From positions 31,558,001 through 31,622,000 of the forward strand of contig OX597838.1 of the NCBI GenBank assembly GCA_951406725.2: DNA of 64,000 bases, in the 5' to 3' direction. Below, in pieces: positions 13,419 through 25,015 of the stretch. Position 1 is the first letter of the stretch; every line of letters starts with the position of its first letter. Below the pieces are notes generated by a model. That model was not told the origin of the DNA, searched no databases, and saw nothing but the letters and a program-made list of their open reading frames with translations. The position numbers and the translations under genes were made by a program. Source of the stretch: Octopus vulgaris (lineage: Eukaryota).

Positions 13419-13541
13419 ATAATTATTATTGTTATTATTATTATTATTATTATTGTTATTATTATTATTATTATAATTATTATTGTTATTATTATTATTT
13501 TTATCATTATTATTATTATTGTTACCTTATTATTATTATTT
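13373..13541. repeat. (ATT)n microsatellite
   Basis: Directly visible; explains the poly-Ile ORFs. Confidence 0.97.
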
Positions 13542-13618
13542 TCATTAATTAGTATTTTATTATGAGAAAGAAATCCCTCGTAAGCCAATTATAAACTTGT
13601 CAAATAAAAGAATAAAAA

Positions 13619-14051
13619 TCTTTATATCGAAAAGTAAGGTTGTGTGTCTGTCTCCTACGATTTAGATTCCTAACTACTCCCACATTTTGCGGTGCAGTTT
13701 AACCAAAACCGGGTATCTTATAGTCGTGATTCATATCGAGCCCTTCTGGGTATTAGTGTGCATGTCTACGATGAGTCTATGATTTTAAAAAAAAATTTAC
13801 CATCATTTTTTTCTATTTTAATGCATTTTTTCGCTATTATATATAATAGCGAAAAAATGCATTAAAATGGAAAAAATGATAAGTAACTCTCTAAAAATGC
13901 CTACGATGAGTCAACGATTTAAAAAAAATTTACCATCATTTTTTTCCCATTTTTAATGCATTTTTTTGCTATTTTTTGGCTATAACTCTCTAAAAATGCT
14001 TATATAGTTATTTCCCTTACAAACCCGAGCAACGCCGGGCGATACTGCTAG
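13619..14051 (+). mobile_element. Non-autonomous Helitron
   Basis: Inserted A|T; 5' end TC (tctttatat); 3' end CTAG (14048-14051) preceded by the GC-rich hairpin cccgagcaacgccggg (14024-14039); no TSD or TIR. Confidence 0.8.
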
Positions 14052-14380
14052 TAATAAATAAAATAAGAAACTTTAATATGGTTAATATAATTTTTAAATA
14101 TTTATACATATTGATTCCTTCACACCTACACAATCACAAATACAACAACACACACACACACACACACATACACACACACACACAGATATACAAACACAGA
14201 TATACAAACACAGATATACAAACACAAAATGTATGCGCATTTATCATCATCTGGCACTTCCGTTTGGTTGAAGAATTTCCGTAGGGCACCAATTGGAGAC
14301 TATTTTTGTAGCACAAATCTGAGGAATTTTCACCAGTATTTCAAGAAAAGAAGCATATTATTTTCAAGCTGCATCACATG

Positions 14381-14802
14381 GGCGTATGAGTGGCTGTGTG
14401 GTAAGTAGCTTGCTTACGAACCACATGGTTCCGGGTTCAGTCCCACTACGTGGCACCTTGGGCAAGTGTCTTCTACTATAGCCTCGGGCCGACCAAAGCC
14501 TTGTGAGTGGATTTGGTAGACGGAAACTGAAAGAAGCCTGTTGTATATGTGTATATATATATATATGTATATGTATGTGTGTGTATATGTTTGTGTGTCT
14601 GTGTTTGTCCCCCCCACAACATCGCTTGACAACCGATGCTGGTGTGTTTACGTCCCCGTAACTTAGCAGTTCGGCAAAAGAGACCGACAAAATAAGTACT
14701 AGGCTTACAAAGAATAAGTCCTGGGGTCGATTTGCTCGACTAAAGGTGGTGCTCCAGCATGGCCACAGTCACGTGACTGAAACAAGTAAAAAGAGTAAAG
14801 AG
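14381..14802 (+). mobile_element. tRNA-derived SINE family B, full length
   Basis: A box tggctgtgtgg, B box ggttcagtccc, ccttgggcaagt, internal TA/TG microsatellite, tail ctgaaacaagtaaaaagagtaaagag; at least six near-identical copies in the window. Confidence 0.92.
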
Positions 14803-15786
14803 TGTATGCAAGGTAAATACATGACACAGGTGTCAGAAAGCATTCTCTTTAATATTCCCATTTTTTTTTCACAAGAATATATGTCAGAATATCTATTAAA
14901 AACATTTAAACCAACTTCTTTTTGCTTTGACTTAGTTGTTGTTCGTTAGTCTCAAAGCTACCTGTCTTTTCTTTTCTTTTTTTTTTCCCAAGCATTATTT
15001 ACCCTGAACTACATTATTATAAAATATTGTCTATTTTTTTAAAAATGTACTTTAGAAATTTAGCTGCTATTTGTAGTAGGTCAATCAATCATGTAAAGTA
15101 GTGGGAGTGAGCGTGAAGGGGCAAGGCTTTTTGGCACCAAGGATGACTTGCAAGTGCATAAGAACTAGTAGGGTTTATCTTTACTGAGAAAAGTTACAAA
15201 TCTTTAATTTCAATAAATTCACAGGTATATAACTTATCTTGGTTTCAAATTTTGGTACAAGGCCAGCAATTTTGGGGGACGGGTAGATCTATTACATTGA
15301 TCCTGGTGTCCAACTGGTATTTATTTTATTGATCATGAAAGGATGAAGGGCAAAGTCGACCTTGATGGAATTTGGAATCAAGAAATTGTAAAGATGAACA
15401 ACATACTGCTAGGTATTTTACTCAGTGTGCTAATGATTCTGCCAGCTCCCTACCTTATGGATAACTTATATCAAATACTGTTATGGGCCTTATGGTTTTA
15501 ACTGTGTTTTTTTACATGGGCTTTTAGAGATCTGAAGAAATTTAAAACAGAGAAGAGCATTATTACTATTTCAACTGTTTTATTTATTTCTGTAAAATTA
15601 TCTTCTGCTGACATTATTTTTATTCATGATCTCTCTCTTTTTTTTTTTTACCAAACGTTTTGGATCACTTATATTCTCATTGTCTTATAGTATATAATTG
15701 GTTGTTACAGGCAGAAAACTAGTAAAGCCTTACAATTGTAATTTTCTGGACTATTAATCATAACTTTAGAATCTATCTTTAATATT

Positions 15787-16790
15787 TATTCAGTCTTTGA
15801 TGCATTGACATCAAGACCGATATCTTCTGCTGCATTTCCTAAGTCATATAGAAGAGTATAAGCTTCTGAGATGTCTTTGCTGATGATGTTGCTCTCTTCA
15901 CAATCTGCATCTGTTATTGATGTAATCTTAGCAGATGATAAATAGGACAGTGTTTCTGTTAGATGATTGTACTTTAACTCCTGTGTTCTTGTAGTGCACA
16001 TTACTTTTGCTACAACTTTCTGGAGTTGTGCTGTAAGAAGAATTTGCCTCAGTTGACAAAGTTGAAAGTAAATGTCTGTAAACAATAAGGCTGCCTGTAG
16101 ATTTGAAACCCTGACCTCCTTAGCAATATGTCTCACACAATCAGGAGTGCTCAGTATGCACAATTAAACAAAACCCTCTAAAATCTGTATACTCCTTCAT
16201 ATATTTAAGAAGTAGCATCACATCGAAAGAAAAGTATGCAAAATTTATCTCTTGAAACCATTGACTGTTCTTGATGCCCTCAGGGTCATTGTTTTTTTTT
16301 TTATGGCTTTTGTATCATCTGGAAGTCATTCTTATCAGCTGATCATATGAGAAGCTTCCTCCATGCCACTGTGCAATTCAGAGCTATTGTATAGTTCCAG
16401 TTACCAAATATTTGGAACACAAGGTTCGATGGTTTTTACATCTGCATGTTAGAGGCAATTCTGAATATTTCATAGAAAAAGTATTTGATGAAAAGAAACC
16501 TACAGGAGCAGTATGACAGTCTTCTTGCAAGCACAGATGTCATTGGAGAAAGACACACGAGATTTTGCTGGACATAATTGGAAAGATAAGCTAAAACTTA
16601 CAAGTGATATGGTTTTGTGAACACCTTGACATGGATCTACACACGGGCCAGTTGCCTAGCAAAAACCTTCATCTACTAGCACTGTGCAGACAGGATATTT
16701 CTCTGCTGATCTCCCAAATGCTATGCAAGATTGTAATGTGTGGTGTGATTGAATTGGGCAAATCTAAGGAAGCTCAAAATAAGGATAATT
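15787..16790 (+). mobile_element. Decayed RTE-clade LINE with inverted 5' part
   Basis: The minus strand ~16315-15787 carries RT motifs (NGFQR; RHIAKEVRVSNLQAALLFTD; ITDAD...AAEDIGLDVNASKTE). The plus strand from ~16318 carries the downstream C-terminus (IWKS...MLEAILNIS...FAGH-like). Confidence 0.7.
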
Positions 16791-17398
16791 ATATGTACAT
16801 GACATCTCAATAAGTTGAAACTTTGTCGTTAAATGTAGTATTTCTTGGTTTGTACATTGTTGCCAGATTGAATTCAAATCAGGAACCTTTGTTTCTAAAC
16901 TAATGTCAGTTATTTTAGCAGTGGCTTAGCTTAGAAATAAAGGCCTATGACCATGTTCATATATCTAGAAATAAGTTTCTTCACGAACAGCTTGAAACAT
17001 AAGTGTAGACAATAAATATTGTAAATACGTCACTGTAAAGATGAGTTTAATAGTCTGGAAAATGATAATCTTAGCTCATTTAAACATTTAATTACAGTGA
17101 AGCATTATTTAAATGATGCATGATGCAGGCTAATGATTAAATTTATTAGCACACAAATCTATAGATTCAGTAGTACTTTTATTTAAAATTTTTGTTCTGT
17201 TATGCCAAAGGTTGGCTTTTGAATTTTTATCTGCAGCTAACTCTTGTCATTGTAAATTAACCAATCCTTTTATTATTTTTATTATTCTACACAGTTTAAC
17301 AGAAGTCACCCCTAATCTTTATCATAGTCTCTTCATTATTTAACTGTGATACCTGTGTATTTAATATGTGCATTTATTTGTCAGTTTTTTTTATCAAT

Positions 17399-17402
<4 letters not shown>

Positions 17403-17435
<33 letters not shown>

Positions 17436-17825
17436 GGCATGTGTTGGATAATATGTAGATGCGTGCACTTGTAATCTATCACTTTTATCATTCATGCACA
17501 TATGTATGACCATGTACTTGGGGTGTATGTACATCAGTGTCTCTGTATGTAAATGTGTAACGTATGCGTTTGTATCTGCTGATATGTTTATATACATACA
17601 CAATAATAACATTTTTAAAGCAGACAAAAAAGTGAAGCTGTAAATGGGATCCATAAAAATAAGCATTTTGAATGATGTAAATTTTATTTAATGGCCAGAA
17701 GTCATTGCGTTATCTCTCTCTCTCTCTCACACACACACTTTTTCTTTCTCTCTCTCTCTCTTGTTCTGTTTTTCTTTTTCTCAGCTTCACTCTTTATGTC
17801 TTTGTTTCTTATTTATTCTTCCCCC

Positions 17826-17857
<32 letters not shown>

Positions 17858-17924
17858 GTCTTTCAGTTTAAGTGTATTTTATTTTTTCTTTCTTTTTTCT
17901 CTTCCTCTGTTTCTCTCTGTCACT

Positions 17925-17958
<34 letters not shown>

Positions 17959-17990
17959 ATCATTCTTTCTTTGTCTGTCTTTCTCTCTAA
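17403..17990. repeat. (GT)n tract and CT-rich polypyrimidine microsatellites
   Basis: (GT)n at 17403-17432; (CT)n and pyrimidine runs at 17712-17990. Confidence 0.9.
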
Positions 17991-18986
17991 ATGGAATTGC
18001 CAGCAGGAAATTGTTAAATGGAGATATTGAAATTACTGAAGTCATTGAATCTCATGTAACAATAAAGATAGTTGAAATATCTGCCATAAACAGTAGAGAC
18101 CTTTTCTCATCAATACAGATTTCATATCTTTTTTTCTTTTTTATCTCACTTAAGATCTTATTCAGTCAGCTGAAATGTACTTTGGTGATCTCATTCTCCT
18201 TTCTAGATGTAACTATTGTTAACTTAAGATATTTTCTATAGTAAGTCAGACCATCATTTCACTTCACTTTGTATCTCTTTTCAATGCCATGACTGTCTTA
18301 TTGTCATGGATTACTATTGACCTATGAAGGAGCCTCTACATGGTTGCCTAACCTACTAAATATAGTGATCAAATATCCCTGAAATCACAGCTTGCTGTTT
18401 TGAATAAAGGTTACACGAGATGATATAGTTCTACATACCTCCAAAAAGATGAGGTTATTGTAGCTAGAATGTCTTTGATTAATGTAGGTCTGCTCAATCA
18501 GGTCTGATAATTAAAGTCCTCAAAAGTTGTCACAAAATGCTTGGTCTTACAGATGTGTGCTATTTAGAACTTTAGAGCAGTAATAGTACTATACGCATAA
18601 ACAATTTAGATTGTTACTGATGGAGAGCCAGGCCATTCCTATGGATGTAAGAATTGAAATGAGAATATAGAAAAGGTGAAGGAGTGAGGTGGGAAGAAGT
18701 GCTATGTTATTTACAGTAAGTTGAAGGTTTACCAGACTCAGGGTATTTAATTCCTTACAACTATAAGTTAAGCCTCAAAAACTCCACTCTGTCTGTCTGT
18801 CTCTCTCGTGCACACTGCTGTGTTGTCATTTGACATATGTAGCAAAAAGCATTGCTCTCATGTTGGTACTGTTATTGTTTGTTGTTGCCAGTTGTGTATT
18901 CAAAAGTTGATGGATAGATGGTTGTTGTTTTGGTGTTGGTGATTGTGGTGGTTATGTTGTTCTTGTTAATTGTTGTTGTTTAGTCT

Positions 18987-19154
18987 CAAGTGGTATCAAA
19001 GAGATCAGAAAGAGCCACTTAGAAGGCCTTCTTGATGATGGGAAGACAATTTAGTTAAGCAATTTAGGTCAAGATGGAAAAGAATAGTACAATTAAGACA
19101 GAATTGGAAGCGCATTGTGACCAGTGGTGTATAACAGCATCTGATGGTCTGGTC
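18987..19154 (+). mobile_element. RTE LINE extreme 3' fragment, same family as 30771-31364
   Basis: caagtggtatc...ccacttagaaggcct...gacagaattggaagcgcattgtgaccagtggtgtataacagcatctgatggtctgg aligns with ~31178-31342. Confidence 0.85.
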
Positions 19155-19355
19155 TATATATATATGCCAGGGAAACGTTACAGAGTAGGACACATGGAAT
19201 TACCCAATTAAAGAATTCACTGAGTGACTAACAACTAATTGTAGATACAGACATTGGATACTGACCGTTGTGGTTAGCTGGCATCTAGAACCCAACAGAG
19301 AGCTAACATGATCTGCGCCTAGATAATGTTGCCTTCCAAACTCATTTTTATATAT

Positions 19356-19750
19356 AGGAGTGGCTGTGTGGTAAGTAGCTTGCTTACCAACCACATGGTT
19401 CTGGGTTCAGTCCCACTGCATGGCACCTTGGGCAAGTATCTTCTACTATAGCCTCGGGCCAACCAAAGCCTTGTGAGTGGATCTGGTAGACGGAAACTGA
19501 AAGAAGCCTGTCGTATATATGTATATATATGTGTCTGCGTTTGTGTGTCTGTGTTTGTCCCCCCAACATCGCTTGACAACCGATGCTGGTGTGTTTACGT
19601 TGCCGTAACTTAGCGGTTCAGCAAAAGAGACCGATAGAATAAGTACTAAGCTTACAAAGAATAAGTCCTGGTGGTAGATTTCCTCGACTAAAGGTGGTGC
19701 TCCAGCATGGCTGCAGTCAAATGACTGAAACAAGTAAAAGAGTAAAAAGA

Positions 19751-19751
<1 letters not shown>
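19356..19751 (+). mobile_element. SINE family B
   Basis: Full match to family B; flanked by TA runs. Confidence 0.92.
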
Positions 19752-19781
<30 letters not shown>

Positions 19782-20192
19782 CTCTCTTTACTCTTTTACT
19801 TGTTTCAGTCATTTGACTGCGGCCATGCTGGAGCACCGCCTTTAATCGAGCAACTCGACCCGGAACTTATTCTATTGTAAGCCCAGTACTTATTCTATCG
19901 GTCTCTTTTGCCGAACCGCTAAGTGACGGGGACACAAACACACCAGCATCTGTTGTCAAGCAATGCTATGGGGACAAACACAGACACACAAACACACACA
20001 CGCATACATATATATATATATACATATATACGACGGGCTTCTTTCAGTTTCCGTCTACCAAATCCACTCACATGGCATTGGTCGGCCCGAGGCTATAGTA
20101 GAAGACACTTGCCCAAGGTGCCACACAGTGGGACTGAACCCGGAACCATGTGGTTGGTAGACAGGCTACTTACCACACAGCCACTCCTGCGC

Positions 20193-20193
<1 letters not shown>
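19782..20193 (-). mobile_element. SINE family B, inverted
   Basis: Reverse complement of family B from ggcgcaggagtggctgtgtgg to the taaaagag tail; flanked by (TA)n on both sides. Confidence 0.92.
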
Positions 20194-20234
<41 letters not shown>

Positions 20235-20577
20235 GTTGTGTGGTAAGAAGTTTGCTTCCCAACTATAAAGTTCCAGGTTCAACCTCACTTTGTGGCACCT
20301 TGGGAAAGTGTCTTCTGTTTGAGAATCAGGCCTTGTAGTTGTGGATTTGGTAGTTGGAAACTGAAAGAAGCCTATCATATGTATATGTACATATTTGTGT
20401 GACTGTTGCTTGACAAGCAATGTTGGTGTGTTTACGTCTCCATAACTTAGTGGTTCAATGAAAGAGACTGATAGAATAAGTACTAGGCTTACAAAGAATA
20501 AGTCCTGGGGTCAATTTGTTTGACTAAAGGTGGTACTCCAGCATGGCCACAGTCAAATGACTGAAACAAGTAAAAGA
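20235..20577 (+). mobile_element. SINE family B, more diverged
   Basis: tgtgtggtaagaagtttgc...ccttgggaaagt...gcatggccacagtcaaatgactgaaacaagtaaaag. Confidence 0.85.
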
Positions 20578-20673
20578 ATATATATATTTATACACATGCA
20601 CACAAGAGAATATACAAAATATACACACAATGTATGTATACACACACACACATATATATATATATATATGAAT

Positions 20674-20996
20674 GGTGGCACGTAAAAGCACGTAAAAGCA
20701 CCATCCATTCGTGTCCGTTGCCAGCATCGCCTGGCCCCGTGCCGGTGACACGTAAAAGCACCATCCGTTCGTGGCCGTTCGCCAGCTCTGTCTGGCACCT
20801 GTGCAGGTGGCACGTAAAAAACACCCACTACACTCGCGGAGTGGTTGGCGTTAGGAAGGGCATCCAGCCGTAGAAACACTGCCAGATCTGACTGGGCCTG
20901 ACGAAGCCTTCCAGCTTCACAGACCCCAGTTGACCCGTCCAACCCATGCTAGCATGGAAAACGGACGCTAAACGATGATGATGATGATGATGATGA
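20674..20996 (+). mobile_element. Family A retroposon
   Basis: ggtggcacgtaaaagcacc subrepeats, gttggcgttaggaagggcatcc, ccaacccatgctagcatggaaaacggacgctaaac(gat)n. Confidence 0.9.
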
Positions 20997-22210
20997 ATAT
21001 TTCATGATTATAGATCTTCAAATTGTTAACTATATTTTAATCTTAGCTGAAGCACTGAGTTGCTTCTTGGTTAAGAAGAAAGTGTAGGTTTTAAATTTGT
21101 TAAATTTATCCAAGTTTCTGTAATGGGAAAATTATAGACTGTATCCTGAAATTAGTGTTCGTACTTTACAATTTGTGTAGGCACAAGATCCTGTCACGAG
21201 AAGTTTCTATAATTTGATGGGGAGGTTTGCCTGCATATATATATATATATATATATATGATGATGATGATATAAATTTACTTTTTTGAGTTAAATGAAAT
21301 TATTGCTATGTTAAATTTTCCTTTTATCCTTCCAGGGATGAGTACCAGCTATTAACTGGTGTCACTTTCCTTTTTTATGAAATTGCAGTCCTGTGTGAAT
21401 GTAACAGGCATAATTTTATTTGGGCTTTGTGCCAATGGCAAAAGCTGTTGCTGAGTTCAAAGTCAGCTCTGATCAAGCAAATTTATGATTAAATGTTTTC
21501 CAGGTGGCCATCCTATTTTTAAAATCCAGGTTTAGTGCATCTAAGATCACATTATCCAATGCAACCTTCCATTTTTATTCTTAAAGATGGTGTGATATAA
21601 TATGAAGGAGATCTGGCTGCTGTTTTTAGCAAGTTGAATGACCATTTAGAAGCTTCCTCACTAGTTTATGAAGAGTGATAGTAATTACAGCGGCAGGCGT
21701 TGTGGTGAAGTGGTACATTGTCAGTGACACAAAGCTGTAACATGTTTTTTAATTACCAGTTGATTACCGCTTACATCACCCACACCCTCCACATAAGTCA
21801 CTGCTTACTGTTTCCCATTACTTCATACTTATCTAAGAAGAATTCAATATTATCATAGTTAATTTGAGGTTTAATTGTTAGTTAAGACAGTTGACATTGC
21901 TCACTGACAATATATTCATATCCTAACAGGAGAAAACTCTATTTAAAAACTAACAACAATTACTAGAAAGAAAGAAAGAAAGAAGTCTTTGAAGATATTT
22001 CCAGGAGATGTCAGTTTGAGTTTCAATTAGTGCTGGTGTCTTTTACTTATTATGTCTTCTTGTCTATGTAGGCAGACAGTAAAACGAAAAAGATACCCAC
22101 ATATATTCTTGTAAGAATTGTTGGCAGCTGAAATATCTTCTGGCCTTGAAGAGAAGGGCCAGTCATTGATTGGGATGTGGGTCCTAGCTATGATAGGTAT
22201 GTATCAGTGT

Positions 22211-22429
22211 CTGGTAGAAACGTTAGCACGCCGGGCAAAATGCTTAGTGGTATTTCGTCTGTCGTTACGTCCTGAGTTCAAATTCTGCCGAGGTCGACTT
22301 TGCCTTTCATCCTTTCGGGGTCGATAAATTAAGTACTAGTTACGCACTGGGGTCGATATAATCGACTTAATCCGTTTGTCTGTCCTTGTTTGTCCTCTCT
22401 GTGTTTAGCCCCTTGTGGGTAGCAAAGAA
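22211..22429 (+). mobile_element. SINE family C with 18-bp TSD
   Basis: Perfect TSD ataggtatgtatcagtgt at 22193-22210 and 22430-22447; B-box-like gagttcaaattc. Confidence 0.93.
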
Positions 22430-23177
22430 ATAGGTATGTATCAGTGTTCATACTTTACAATTTGTGTAGGCACAAGATCCTGTCACGAGAAGTTTCTGTA
22501 ATGTGATGGGGAGGTTTGCCTGCATATATATATATATATATGTATGTATATATATATATATATACATACATACATATATGATGATGATGATATAAATATA
22601 AATTATAGGTTTGTGTATGGGCTTGTATGTGCATGTGTATATATGTAAGTGTATGTATACATTTGTGTCAATGAAATGTGTGTATGCATACACTTGTGAA
22701 TATATATGTACCTATCACAAAACACCATGTTGTTTGTGGTCAGCTGGCTGATCTCTACCTGGCCAACACCATTGTCGGTCAGCAAGTTCAGAAAAGTTCC
22801 TTTGATTTCCCTCTCACTTCTCACTCTTTCTCTTTTCAGTCTCACTACTCTCTCTCTCTCTCTCTTTTTCCCTTTCCTTTTCTAATATCAACAATCATGC
22901 AGTTCCTCATGGATTGTGCACATACTCATCCACACACAGCCAATCACAAATTTATATCATTATCATTTAACATACACACACAAACACACACACATAGTTG
23001 TTAGTAATGGGTCTTCCCTAACACAGCATCTCACAACTCATTGAGGTTCATCATCGTTTCCTTTGTGAGGTTAGGTCCTCTTAAATCAGCCACTGTTACT
23101 TGTTTGGTACTCCTTCAGTCTTGAAGTTTAACACCTGAGAGTAAGAGGAGAGTTTCTGGTGGTGACAGCTACAAAAA

Positions 23178-23233
<56 letters not shown>

Positions 23234-23969
23234 CTCATATGTGAAAAGATTATCATCAGTCTATGGCTAGTTATCTTACTGGAATGTCTGCCTCATCATT
23301 AAAGTACAGTGTCTACAGAAAGGAAATAATTGATTAAATGTCTGCGATGAGTTCATGTTAATAAGATTATAATAGTTTTCCCAGACTATTAATCTCATCT
23401 CTGCTGTGTATATTTACAATATTTTTATCTACACTGTTTTGTTTTCATTTCCTATTGTCCTCAGGTTTCTTACTTCTGATTATTTATTATAGTCCCAGAC
23501 AAGATTCAAACATGACCCATTATTTTTTTTAAACTGAGGGTAATAACCTCCTTATCCACTAAGGTATTCAAGCATGTTAATATACCTGGTATACATAGCT
23601 GTCCAAAATAGCAGCTAAACCTCCCTCAAAGTATGCACTACTGTCTTAAAGTAAATACAGTAAATCTGAAATAAAGACAGGATTGTCGTTGCAGGAAATT
23701 ATTTGATTTATAGATCGATTAGTTCTTTAGTGACCTGGGGGTAAACAATTACAACAAAAGCTGTCGATAACATTTAGCTAAGGTCACACATTTGGCGTAG
23801 GATTGAAAAACGGTTTTACATGGACATACATTGTTTGAAACTGGGCCCACATTGGGTTCATGTAGCATGTTAGTTAATGCAACAACATATTTAGAGCTGT
23901 AGACATGTCTTGTACCAACTACACACTATTTTCATACTCAGTACCCATGCTTTGTTTTAAGAATATACA

Positions 23970-24366
23970 GGCGCAGGAGTGGCTGTGTGGTAAGTAGCTT
24001 GCTTACCAACCACATGGTTCCGGGTTCAGTCCCACTGCGTGGCACCTTGGGCAAGTGTCGTCTACTATAGCCTCGGGCTGACCAAAGCCTTGTGAGTGGA
24101 TTTGGTAGACGGAAACTGAAAGAAGCCTGTCGTATATATATATATATATGCGTGTGTGTGTTTTTGTATCTGTGTTTGTCCCCCTAGCATTGCTTGACAA
24201 CCGATGCTGGTGTGTTTATGTCCCCGTTACTTAGCGGTTCGGCAAAAGAGACCGATAGAATAAGTACTGGGCTTACAAAAGAATAAGTCCCGGGGTCGAG
24301 TTGCTCGATTAAAGGCGGTGCTCCAGCATGGCCGTAGTCAAATGACTGAAACAAGTAAAAGAGTAA
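23970..24366 (+). mobile_element. SINE family B, full length
   Basis: ggcgcaggagtggctgtgtgg...aaacaagtaaaagagtaa. Confidence 0.93.
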
Positions 24367-24410
24367 GTGTATATCCTGTTGTTAGACGACGTATGCGGGT
24401 TCGACAACTT

Positions 24411-24550
24411 CGTAACTTAGCGGTTCGGCAAGAGAGACCGATAGAATAAGTACTAGGCTTACAAATAATAAGTCCTGGGGTCGATTTGCTCGACTAAAGG
24501 CGGTGCTCCAGCATGGCTGCAGTCAAATGACTGAAACAAATAAAAGAAAA
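24411..24550 (+). mobile_element. SINE family B, 3' third only
   Basis: cgtaacttagcggttcggc...gactgaaacaaataaaag. Confidence 0.85.
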
Positions 24551-24798
24551 AAAAGTGTATTCTGAGCTCATCAAATAAATTGGTGTGTGTGTATGTGTGT
24601 GTATTAATATACATATATGCACATAAAAGGTGCAAACATGCTTTTTAGTCAAGGATTCCTAAGTCTGATCCCACTATTTGATACGATGGATAGAACATAG
24701 GGTAGAAATATCTCTTTATTCTTGCCAAGGACATTACAACCTCTCTAGTGTTGGTGCTACTTAAGAGTAAATCTGTTAAGTGGCCGGTATTAGGAAAA

Positions 24799-25015
24799 GG
24801 CGGCGAGCTGGCAGAATCGTTAGCACGTCGGGCGAAATGCTTAGCGGTATTTCGTCTGCTGTTACGTTCTGAGTTCAAATTCCGTCGAGGTCGACTTTGC
24901 CTTTCATCCTTTCGGGGTCGATTAAATAAGTACCAGTTACGCACTGGGGTCGATATAATCGACTTAATCCCTGTGTCTGTCCTTGTTTGTCCTCTCTGTG
25001 GGTAGTAAAGAAATT
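24799..25015 (+). mobile_element. SINE family C, full head
   Basis: ggcggcgagctggcagaatcgttagc...gagttcaaattcc...gcctttcatcctttcggggtcga; TSD ggtatta(g/a)gaaaag at 24786-24799 and 25016-25029. Confidence 0.92.

Noticed and set aside
13281-13588. Poly-Ile ORFs resembling membrane proteins
   Set aside because: (ATT)n microsatellite.
17691-18241. Ser/Leu/Phe-rich ORFs
   Set aside because: CT microsatellite translation; no coding signal.
20674-20830. CRISPR-like look of the family A subrepeats
   Set aside because: The 'spacers' are homologous to each other, the context is eukaryotic, and there are no cas genes; it is a minisatellite.
21320-21362. Possible micro-exon after ttttatccttccag
   Set aside because: No convincing donor site or recognisable peptide; such acceptor-like strings are frequent by chance in AT-rich DNA.
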